Shown here: piece by piece, positions 19,449-28,045 of the stretch
Layout: every line of letters begins with the position of its first letter
Numbering within the stretch: position 1 is the stretch's first letter
Assembly: GCA_963695545.1 (NCBI GenBank)
Contig: OY968796.1
Coordinates: 576,001 to 640,000 of the forward strand
DNA: 64,000 nt
From: Terriglobia bacterium
GTDB taxonomy: Bacteria; Acidobacteriota; Terriglobia; Acidiferrales; UBA7541
Direction: 5' to 3'
The notes under the pieces: model-generated
Seen by the model: the letters and a program-made list of their open reading frames with translations, nothing else
The model's database searches: none
Told to the model about the DNA's origin: nothing
Program-made: the position numbers and the translations under genes

Positions 19449-20678
19449 TTATTCCGATCCGCCCGCCGGCACGATCTTTGGCGACACGAGCTCGCCAGTC
19501 TTGTATTGATCCTGCTCACCCAGGACAACCTCATCGCCTTCGGAAAGACCTGCAACGACTTCAGCTCTGTTGGCAGTTTGAATCCCAAGGGTGACTTCGC
19601 GGCGCTCGATGCGGCCGTCGCCATCCACGATAAGCACGGAGCCTTTATTCTCGCCGGACATGTGGATCGCTTGAAGCGGCGCCGTCAGTGCGTTCTGCTT
19701 TGTGTGCAGCGGAATCACCACGGATACGTACATGCCTGGGAGGAGCGCGTAATCGGGATTGGGCACGTCAACTTCGGTATACATCGTGCGGGTTTGTAAA
19801 TCGATCTGGTCCGAGAAGCGAACGATTTTCGCCTGCAGCACTTTGCCGAGCGTGGTGACATTTATGGTTACGCTCTGGCCGATCTGGACGTCGGGCACGG
19901 CGCGCTCCGGCAGCGGAATCACCAGCCGCAGCAGATTATTTTGCGAGAGATGGCAGAGAGCCAGATCGCCCTTGCTCGACGAAGTGCCCGCAGGCAGCAG
20001 CGCGCCGGTATAGGCGTTGATCGAGGTGATGACGCCGTCGAACGGAGCGGCGATGTGGGTATAGGCGAAAAGCGCCTTGTCTTTCCCGAGCGCAGCTTCG
20101 GTCGATAGCACCGCCTGTTCCGCCGCTGCGAGCGCGTCCTTCGCGCCGGAAACTGCGGCGCTCGCTTCCTGATCCTTGCCTTGCGCAACATCCACGTCTT
20201 GCTGCGCGACCAAGCCGGGCTGAGTTTTCTGCACATCGGCTATGCGCGAGTAGGTGAGGTGAGCGACGGTGTACGCGGATTCGGCGCTATCCAGCTCCTG
20301 GCGGTATCGTTCAAGGTCCTGTTGACTTCGCCGCGCCGTCGCTTCGTCCTGCTCCACCTGCTGCTCGAGCTCGGGGACTTCGAGATCGGCAAGCAACTGG
20401 CCTTGCTTTACGTGTGTGCCCCAATTCACGTACAGCTTGCGGATGTAGCCGGAAACCTTCGCGAAGACATCAATTTCCTGGTAGGGCTGGAATTCGGACG
20501 CGATTTCGAGCGTGTCGGAGATATTCTCCCGGGCCACTTTGACAACTGCCACAGTCGGCGCGGGGTTCTCCTGCTTCGCCGAGCCGCACCCCGCGACGCC
20601 CAACGCGGCGGCGAATAACGATGCGATCGCAGCCGATTTCATTGCGCTTCGACATCGAATGACTTGGATACTCATCAT
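19449..20678 (-). CDS. RND periplasmic adaptor (membrane fusion protein), possible lipoprotein
   Basis: VAGC lipobox-like; AKVSGYIRKLYV, IAAPFDGVI, LLPGMY; start codon uncertain. Confidence 0.92.
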   Translation of the reverse strand: MMSIQVIRCRSAMKSAAIASLFAAALGVAGCGSAKQENPAPTVAVVKVARENISDTLEIASEFQPYQEIDVFAKVSGYIRKLYVNWGTHVKQGQLLADLEVPELEQQVEQDEATARRSQQDLERYRQELDSAESAYTVAHLTYSRIADVQKTQPGLVAQQDVDVAQGKDQEASAAVSGAKDALAAAEQAVLSTEAALGKDKALFAYTHIAAPFDGVITSINAYTGALLPAGTSSSKGDLALCHLSQNNLLRLVIPLPERAVPDVQIGQSVTINVTTLGKVLQAKIVRFSDQIDLQTRTMYTEVDVPNPDYALLPGMYVSVVIPLHTKQNALTAPLQAIHMSGENKGSVLIVDGDGRIERREVTLGIQTANRAEVVAGLSEGDEVVLGEQDQYKTGELVSPKIVPAGGSE

Positions 20679-20684
20679 CAAGCC

Positions 20685-21416
20685 TCAATCCTCTTCGCGC
20701 AGGTGTGAGCCCGCGTAGTGAGAATCCACTTCCTGAACCGCCTTGCGGAACTCCTGCGGCGTGAAATTCGGCGCGCGGCATAGTCCGATCAGCTTCTCCC
20801 GTTGTTGCAAGATTTCATGGGCCACCCCGGGCACGCGATCTGCGATTTCAAGCGGAATTGTCTGCGCACCGTGACGATCGCCATGGATCAGGTCTCCGGG
20901 ACGCACTTGCACGCCACCGACCTCGACAGTGCCGCCGAAATCGAAAACGTGCGCGTAGGCGTGGGATACCGAGACATTTCCGGCAAACATTTGGAAGCCG
21001 GCTGCGTGGACTTGCGGCAGATCGCGTACGGCGCCGTTCGTGGCCACGGCCACACAACCGAGGGCCGCGAGCACATTCGCGTGCACTTCCCCAATGAACG
21101 CGCCCACGCCGGACGGACTATCCATGTCTTCGATGACCACGATCCGAGGCGCGGGAATCGTCAGGATGTGTTCCCACCAGTCAGGTTTGGCGTAGTAGCT
21201 GCGCCCTTCCATCGGCGGATCGGCGCTGCGAATCCGAGCGGTCGTCGCATAACCCACAACGGGCGGGAAATCCTCGAAAATGCAGCGCACGTGTGAATCC
21301 GTAAATCCGGTATTCGGAAGACGGACCTCGAACCTTTCTATCGCGCTGGCCACGACGCACGTGCTGAGACGCCGAAACTGCTCCAGCCGTTCGGGAGACG
21401 GACGGCGAGTGTTCAT
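20685..21416 (-). CDS. RraA / HMG-aldolase family protein
   Basis: VVGYATTA, GAFIGEV, TNGAVRDL, VRPGDLIHGDRHG; AGGAG RBS. Confidence 0.88.
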   Translation of the reverse strand: MNTRRPSPERLEQFRRLSTCVVASAIERFEVRLPNTGFTDSHVRCIFEDFPPVVGYATTARIRSADPPMEGRSYYAKPDWWEHILTIPAPRIVVIEDMDSPSGVGAFIGEVHANVLAALGCVAVATNGAVRDLPQVHAAGFQMFAGNVSVSHAYAHVFDFGGTVEVGGVQVRPGDLIHGDRHGAQTIPLEIADRVPGVAHEILQQREKLIGLCRAPNFTPQEFRKAVQEVDSHYAGSHLREED

Positions 21417-21462
21417 ATGCACTCCTAGCGAAATCGATCCCTGGTTGCAAAAGTTAGATGTC

Positions 21463-21485
21463 AAAAGCGGGACTTTTGGGTCCCG
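21463..21485 (-). terminator. Intrinsic-terminator-like hairpin between the leader ORF and the RraA gene
   Basis: Minus strand reads CGGGAC-CCAAAA-GTCCCG-CTTTT. Confidence 0.5.
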
Positions 21486-21524
21486 TGAACTCAGCGGACC
21501 TGGCGTTCCTGAATTTCCGAAACG

Positions 21525-21875
21525 CTACGCCAAATAGGAAGGGGGAGAGCGATGTTGTAGAGAAACAATAAGGCCAATTCGCCGCGTGAACGGAATCTCT
21601 GGTTCCAAACGCGGCGCCAAGCGAACCGCGGGCTGCGGCGGCAAAATTCGGGCGACCAAGTGAAGCGGCCTCTGTTTCAAGATCGGGCCCGGATGCGCCG
21701 GTTTCATCTTGTTGGCGATTGAAACGTAGTGAACGGAACTCGACTGGGGATAATACTGACTGACCCTTGTAAACGTGGAAAGCGCGCCCAGAGCCAGCAG
21801 CAGCAGTAGGATCGCCGACTTAAAGAGTATCGGCGTCTGTCGGCTTCCGTTCGAGGTCCGTTCTTGATTGCACAT
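21525..21875 (-). CDS. Small membrane-targeted protein ending in RSPP; candidate arrest/leader peptide
   Basis: Hydrophobic SAILLLLLALGALSTF, Pro-rich linker, C-terminus SLQHRSPPSYLA; start uncertain. Confidence 0.6.
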   Translation of the reverse strand: MCNQERTSNGSRQTPILFKSAILLLLLALGALSTFTRVSQYYPQSSSVHYVSIANKMKPAHPGPILKQRPLHLVARILPPQPAVRLAPRLEPEIPFTRRIGLIVSLQHRSPPSYLA

Positions 21876-22557
21876 AACAGGATTCAAACGCAGAACGCGT
21901 CGGGCTACCTGGCGAATTGAATAAACATACGCTCGCGAACAACTTCCTAACTGCGAATCGATCTTACTCTCGCGTGGTCGCGAAATGCAAATTCGCGGAT
22001 TTTTCGGTAACGGAGTGTTAACGGGTCGGCGAGCGAGCGAGATTTCGCTCCATTTGCGCCGTCGACGCCACAAGCCTCCGCCCGGCACTCAGGCAGCGCT
22101 CTCATGCCTTCTTCGCGAATTCACAAAATGAGAGATGGCGCGCCCAAAGGGACGATCTTAGAACTTCTCTCGATAATCTCGTGGCAGCGTCGCCACAGTT
22201 TGAGTTCTCTGCTGGGTTGGGTCTGGAGCGTGCTTTCTGGGACCTTCGCCCGATGGCGCATTTTCATCGGATCGCAGGATGCATGGTCCACAGTATGGCA
22301 ACCGAAGTATGGCAACCGATGCGTTCAATGGGCACAGTCCCTCATAACCCGAGGCGAAAAATCCGCGCATAGTCCTCAGGCCACAGGGGGGATGGGTGTA
22401 CGATCATGGCGTTTTGAAGTCAAAAAGGGAGATTCCGGGCTACACGTTCGGTCCGGCTTCGACATGGCCTTCGCGCTTTGATTCACTTGCATTCCATCCC
22501 CCCGAACCGTGAGAATTCCCGGCGCCGGAATAAACTGGCAAAGCAAACAGGGTAAGC

Positions 22558-25500
22558 ATGAAAACGAAAATCAATTTTGGACTTATGCTCGCACTGGCGC
22601 TCACGACGATTGGCGCCACGTTGGCGATGGCGCAACAGATCGACTCGGGAGCCAATATTGCTCCGCCGAGGCTGGAAGGCCCGTGCGACATCTACGCCGC
22701 CGCCGGCGATCCCTGCGTAGCCGCCCACAGCACCACGCGCGCGCTGTACGCCTCCTACACCGGCCCGCTGTACCAGGTCCTGCGCCAGTCGGACGGCAAG
22801 ACCTTGGACATCGGCGTCGTCCAGCCTGTCACGTCGCCAGTCCCGGATGCGGGCGGATACGCCGACGCGGCAGCGCAGGACACATTCTGCGCCAACACGT
22901 ACTGCTGGATCACCACGATTTACGACCAATCGGGCAAGCACAACGACCTGACGCAGGCGCCCCGCGGAGGATTCAGTGGGCCGGCCATGGGCGGGTTTAA
23001 CAACGTCCCGATCGCCGACACGGCGCCGATTACGATTATGGGCCACAAGGTCTACGGCGTCTTCATCGAGCCGGGCATGGGCCTGCGCGAGGACGATGCA
23101 AAGGGCACAGCGGTGGACGACCAAGCGGAGGAGCAGTACTGGGTGGTTAATGGTCAGCACTTCAACTCCGGCTGCTGTTTCGACTACGGCAACGCCGAAA
23201 TCGACAGCCGCGACGACGACAACGGCACTATGGAAACCGCGTACTACGGCGATGCTCCCGTCTGGTATCGAGGGAACCCTCCCGGCCCGTGGATCATGAG
23301 CGACCAGGAGAACAACCTACTGGGCTGCGTGAATCCGGATGGTTCGAAGCTCTGTCTCAGCTTGCCGAGCATTTACTGGAGATATGTGACTGCGATCGCC
23401 AAGGGCGAACCGCACCACTGGACCAGCATGGGCGGCGACGCCCAGCGGGGCGCACTATCGGTGATGTTTGACGGACCGCGCGTGAACGGCACCTACGACC
23501 CGATGCGCAAGCAGGGGGCCATCCTTCTGGGCAACGGGGGCGACAACAGCAACGGCTCGCAGGGCACCTTCTATGAAGGCGCAGTGACGGCCGCGGGCAC
23601 CTTCCCGACGAACGCCACCGACCAGCTTGTGCAGGCCAACGTTGTGGCTGCCAAGTATGGCGCGCAGCGGCTGAGCATAGCGCCCGCGTCGGCAACTGCA
23701 ACTCCGCCGGGACTTCAGACGTTCACGCCGGGCTCTTCGCAGGACACTACCGTGACGTTCACCAATACCACGGACGCGCCCGCGACAGGCGTCAAGTTGA
23801 GCGTTGCAGTGCCCAACAAAAACTGGACCGCCTTTGTTTCGGGCACGACCGAGACGTCGAACACGTTCGTTGACCCGGTGGCGCCGGGCGCGAGCGTGAG
23901 CGCGACCTTCAAGGTGACCTCGGGGTCGGCGGCCTTCAACGGCGACCTGGTTGGCAACGCCTGGTGGACGAACTCGACGAACGGCGAAAAGCAATCGGAG
24001 ACAACGGCCGAGAAGGTGCGGAACGTGAGCCCGATCGAGATCAACGAGTTCCGCATCGGCTCCGGTCCCACCAACTCCACGGATTCGTTTATCGAGCTCT
24101 ACAACGCCGGCTCGAGTGACGTCGATCTCTCCAACTGGTCGCTGACCGAGCACCCGACCCAGCAGCCCATCTTCACGACGGTGAAGATCCCAGCGGGGAC
24201 CAGGCTCGCGGCTCGCGGCTTTTATCTGCTCGGGCTCTCCAACTCCGGGCTGACGGTGACGGCGCGCGCGGGCGATAGAACCATCAACGTGAGGAGTACG
24301 ACCGGCATGACAGCCGGCGATACGATCGTCATCGATACCGGCTCCAACGTGGAGATCCGCAAGATCGTGAGCGTTGGGACGGCGGCCAGCAGCAATACGA
24401 CGGGGTGGCAGCCCCTTCCTGACGGTCCAGTGATCACGATTCCCGCCGGCTCGACCAACGTGCCAGTCGCGAGCGTATCCGGCTTCGAGGTCGGCGAAAA
24501 GATCGCCCTCGGCTACGGCGCCACCTACCCGCCCGTCGCAAGAGACACAGAGCGGTACGAGGTGGCGACTGTGACCGCGGTTGGTAAGTCGGGCACGCAA
24601 GCCTACCTAGGTGCGGACGCGCCTGCTGGCTCGACCAACATCAAAGTGACGTCAGTCGCCAACATCTCAGCCGGTGACAAGATCAGATTGGATATCGACA
24701 GCGTCGGCCATGGGATCGAGACGGTCACGGTTGCGAGCGTGGGTACGCAGGCGAGCCACACGAATCTTTCGGCCAACGCGAGCGCCGGCGCGACGAACAT
24801 CAAAGTCCGCAACGTGAACGGTTTTGACGTGGGCGACAAAATCACGGTTGGCACGCCCGCGAACAAGGAAGCAATGACCATAAGAGCCGTCGGGACGCCG
24901 GGTCCGAACGGCAGCGGATTTGCCTTTACGCCGGCCCTCGCCCAGGCGCATATCAACGGTGAGGGGGTCGTCGATCCGGGCACGGGCCTCGACCTGACCG
25001 CGCCGCTCAAGTTCAACCATGCGGCCAACCTGCCCTTCAGCGATCGAGGAACGGGGATCAGCTTTGAGGCGGCGACGGCATTCGCCCACTCGAGCAACGA
25101 GCCCGTGCAGGCGCTCGGCACGGGCGTCACTCTCGACAAACCACTGGTGAACGACCACGCGATCAACGCTGTTGTGCGCGATGCCGCGGTGACGACCGCG
25201 GGCTACCAAGGAACGCCGCCGCCTAACCAGTGGTTCGGAGGTCCCGAGCTCTCAAGCAGCGCCATCAGCTTCGGCTTCACCGTCTCCCTCAAGGCGGGCA
25301 GCATGGTGTTACGTGACGCCGCTGGAATGGTTGTTGACAGTCTCAACTACGGCGGCCTCGTCGACCCATGGGCTGCCGAGGGTTACCAAGCCACCTCGGG
25401 AACAGAACAGAGTGGCTGCTACGTGCCAGCGCCCAGCCCGGCCGGACGCCTCGGGCCGGGCACTTCGGCCGCAGGCGCGACCAACAGGAGCGCGGGCCGC

Positions 25501-26025
25501 TTCCCGGACGGCGTGGAAACCGACAGCAACTGCACCGATTTCCGGGTGCAGGCCGCCACGAGCCTTCCGGCCGGTTCAGTCGCCGGCGCGAATAAAATCA
25601 AAGTCGCCAGCGTGGCAGGCTTCGTCGCGGGCCAGACGATCATGATTGACACAGGCGAGAACCTCGAGACCGCCGTTATCTCGGCGGTTGGCACGGCGGG
25701 CGTCACCACGGTGGGCGCTGCGACCGGCGTGGGTACGACCGTTATTCCTGTCGCCAATGTGATCGGTTTTAGCGAAGGCCAGACCATCACAATTGACAGT
25801 GGCGCGAACTCTGAGACGGCGGTTATCGCCTCCATCACGAGGTTCGGCGGCACCACAATCACCGTTACCGCGCCACTTACTCTTGCGCACGCGATCGGTG
25901 CGCAGGTGTCCGGTACCGGCATCACACTCACCGCTGCATTGACCAAGGATCATGCCGGTGGAACGCAAGTCACCGACAACGTTCCCACGCCCGGTGCTCC
26001 CAACCACTACAGCAGACCTCAATGA
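22558..26025 (+). CDS. Secreted multidomain GH54 alpha-L-arabinofuranosidase B-like protein (GH54, Ig-like, lamin-tail domain, repeats)
   Basis: GPCDIYAAAGDPCVAAHSTTRALY, IYDQSG, CCFDYGNAE, GTME, MRKQGAILLGNGGDNS, GTFYEG; LTD start IEINE...FIELYN...VDLSNW. Confidence 0.9.
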   Translation: MKTKINFGLMLALALTTIGATLAMAQQIDSGANIAPPRLEGPCDIYAAAGDPCVAAHSTTRALYASYTGPLYQVLRQSDGKTLDIGVVQPVTSPVPDAGGYADAAAQDTFCANTYCWITTIYDQSGKHNDLTQAPRGGFSGPAMGGFNNVPIADTAPITIMGHKVYGVFIEPGMGLREDDAKGTAVDDQAEEQYWVVNGQHFNSGCCFDYGNAEIDSRDDDNGTMETAYYGDAPVWYRGNPPGPWIMSDQENNLLGCVNPDGSKLCLSLPSIYWRYVTAIAKGEPHHWTSMGGDAQRGALSVMFDGPRVNGTYDPMRKQGAILLGNGGDNSNGSQGTFYEGAVTAAGTFPTNATDQLVQANVVAAKYGAQRLSIAPASATATPPGLQTFTPGSSQDTTVTFTNTTDAPATGVKLSVAVPNKNWTAFVSGTTETSNTFVDPVAPGASVSATFKVTSGSAAFNGDLVGNAWWTNSTNGEKQSETTAEKVRNVSPIEINEFRIGSGPTNSTDSFIELYNAGSSDVDLSNWSLTEHPTQQPIFTTVKIPAGTRLAARGFYLLGLSNSGLTVTARAGDRTINVRSTTGMTAGDTIVIDTGSNVEIRKIVSVGTAASSNTTGWQPLPDGPVITIPAGSTNVPVASVSGFEVGEKIALGYGATYPPVARDTERYEVATVTAVGKSGTQAYLGADAPAGSTNIKVTSVANISAGDKIRLDIDSVGHGIETVTVASVGTQASHTNLSANASAGATNIKVRNVNGFDVGDKITVGTPANKEAMTIRAVGTPGPNGSGFAFTPALAQAHINGEGVVDPGTGLDLTAPLKFNHAANLPFSDRGTGISFEAATAFAHSSNEPVQALGTGVTLDKPLVNDHAINAVVRDAAVTTAGYQGTPPPNQWFGGPELSSSAISFGFTVSLKAGSMVLRDAAGMVVDSLNYGGLVDPWAAEGYQATSGTEQSGCYVPAPSPAGRLGPGTSAAGATNRSAGRFPDGVETDSNCTDFRVQAATSLPAGSVAGANKIKVASVAGFVAGQTIMIDTGENLETAVISAVGTAGVTTVGAATGVGTTVIPVANVIGFSEGQTITIDSGANSETAVIASITRFGGTTITVTAPLTLAHAIGAQVSGTGITLTAALTKDHAGGTQVTDNVPTPGAPNHYSRPQ

Positions 26026-26437
26026 GGGTGCCGGTGTAACGGAATTGAACAGCTTGGAAAAATGCAATCGGCGGCATACGGGTCATCCGGCATGGGGTCA
26101 AAACCCTGTCAACTAGTGGGAGCGGAGTTTAGGACATAACTGGTATCGGGAATTCACGCGCGCAGGTCTGTTGTGCGGCCGAGCAATCAATGCCGGATGG
26201 TACGAAACGGGAAATTTCAGAGGAGGAGGCAAGTGAGCTGATATTGCAGCAGTTCTATAACGCAGCTCGAGTGATGATAGCAGAAGCGACCTCAGTGCAT
26301 GAGTTGAAGGCCTTTCTCCGAGACAAAGAGAGCGAACTGCAATAATAATAAGGCAGGCGCGTGCGGTAAACGTGCGGCAAACCTGGACGCGCCGATTTCC
26401 TCGGCGCATTCGACAAACATCGTTTTATAAGGGGAAG

Positions 26438-26514
26438 TGGCGCGCCCGGAGAGATTCGAACTCCCGACCCTCTGGTTCGAAGCCAGATGCTCTATCCAGC
26501 TGAGCTACGGGCGC
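26438..26514 (-). tRNA. tRNA-Arg (anticodon UCG)
   Basis: GCGCCCGTAGCTCAGCTGGATAGAGCATCTGGCTTCGAACCAGAGGGTCGGGAGTTCGAATCTCTCCGGGCGCGCCA; 77 nt cloverleaf with encoded CCA. Confidence 0.96.
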
Positions 26515-26876
26515 GAAGCATCCAATCTACATCAAGCCGGGCGGTGCGGCCGAGAATAATTTCCCCGGCTCCGGCCGCAATGTCCCAGCCGTGCCCCGCG
26601 CCAAGTTCCCACGCGCATCCGCCAAATCTCGTCGAGCAACCTGCCTTCCAACGACCGTCGGCCCGAATTTGTCCGCCTTCGCTCTCTGTGTTAGGCTCTC
26701 ACCGGGGTGGTACCAAGCAGGACCGAGCCCAGTCCGGCGGCGCTCCCCGCGTCGTGGATTTGTCTTTCGAGCCGCCTTTCGAGCACGACTTCGAGAGCTC
26801 GGTGAAGTCTCCCCGGACGCGCACTTAGCCTATGCGCGGCCATCGCGACGGCCGAAGGGACACGGGTCCTCACAAC

Positions 26877-27746
26877 ATGGTGCAGAAGGAAGCCACAAGC
26901 CGCATCCGCGAAATCAAGCTGGCGCATTCGCCGGATTCCGACGACGCCTTCATGTTCTACGGCTTGGCGACCCACAAAGTCCTCACGCCCGGGCTGCAAT
27001 TCAAGCACGTGCTCGCCGACATCGAAACGCTGAATCAGGCAGCCGACCAGGAAATCTACGACGTCACGGCCATCAGCTTCGCGGCCTACGCGCATTTGCG
27101 CGACAAATACGTGCTTCTCGATTGCGGCGCGAGTTTCGGCGAAGGCTACGGCCCGATCGTAGTGGCTTCGCACCCGTTGAAGCGGGAAGATCTCGCCGGC
27201 GTGCGCGTCGGCGTGCCGGGGCTGCGCACCACGGCGTATCTGGCGCTGAAACTTTACGAGCCGCGCGTCGTCCCCGTGGTGATTCCGTTCGACAAGATTC
27301 TTGACGCCGTGCGCAATTCCACCGTGGACGCCGGCCTGCTGATCCACGAAGGCCAATTGATGTTCTCGCAGCTCGGTCTTCACCGCGTGGTGGAGCTGGG
27401 CCAGTGGTGGATGGAGCTGACCGGGATGCCTTTGCCGCTCGGCGGAAATGCCGTGCGCCGCGCGCTCGGACCCAAGATCGGCCGGCAAATCGCCACGGCC
27501 ATCCGCCAAAGCGTGGCATTTTCGCTCGACCACCGCGAAGCCGCGCTCAATTACGCCATGCAATTCGCGCGCGACATGGACCCGGAGCTGGCCGACAAAT
27601 TTGTCGGCATGTACGTGAACAAGTGGACACTCGGCTACGGCGAGCGCGGCCGTGGCGCAGTCCGCGAATTGCTTGCCCGCGGAGTGGCAGCCGGCCTTGT
27701 GCCGCCTCCGGCCGACGCTGAATTTCTCAGCGAGGCCGAGTCTTAG
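26877..27746 (+). CDS. mqnD: 1,4-dihydroxy-6-naphthoate synthase (futalosine menaquinone pathway; MqnA/MqnD family)
   Basis: LAHSPDSDDAFMFY, DIETLN, GEGYGP, TTAYL, LIHEGQL, PLPLG, YVN. Confidence 0.85.
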   Translation: MVQKEATSRIREIKLAHSPDSDDAFMFYGLATHKVLTPGLQFKHVLADIETLNQAADQEIYDVTAISFAAYAHLRDKYVLLDCGASFGEGYGPIVVASHPLKREDLAGVRVGVPGLRTTAYLALKLYEPRVVPVVIPFDKILDAVRNSTVDAGLLIHEGQLMFSQLGLHRVVELGQWWMELTGMPLPLGGNAVRRALGPKIGRQIATAIRQSVAFSLDHREAALNYAMQFARDMDPELADKFVGMYVNKWTLGYGERGRGAVRELLARGVAAGLVPPPADAEFLSEAES

Positions 27747-28045
27747 CGCGCTTCCGCAGCATCCAATTGCAACCCAGGCAACGTGCCGCGCGAAACGTGT
27801 CCCGCGCTTGCCTTCAGGTGTAAAATAATAGCTAGGAAGAAGTATGCAGAAAATGGCAAGCGGAAAGGTGTATTCCCAACCTTCGCCAACGTCTCCTCAG
27901 TAGCGCAAGACCTTGAAACACTCGCCCGGCGCCGGGCGACCTTGAGGCAATTGCACTTTAACTTGCACGCAAGAAACACCAAGCGCCGCTTTGCTGTCTG
28001 GGACGGCGGCCGGAGTAACCACCGGAGCGCCCTCCGGAACAACCG

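Noticed and set aside
22104..22557. Short ORFs as possible integrase remnants
   Set aside because: No tyrosine or serine recombinase motifs recognisable
27750..28045. Canonical SAM-I, SAH or cobalamin riboswitch before metH
   Set aside because: Conserved cores not found by eye; an Rfam scan would settle it
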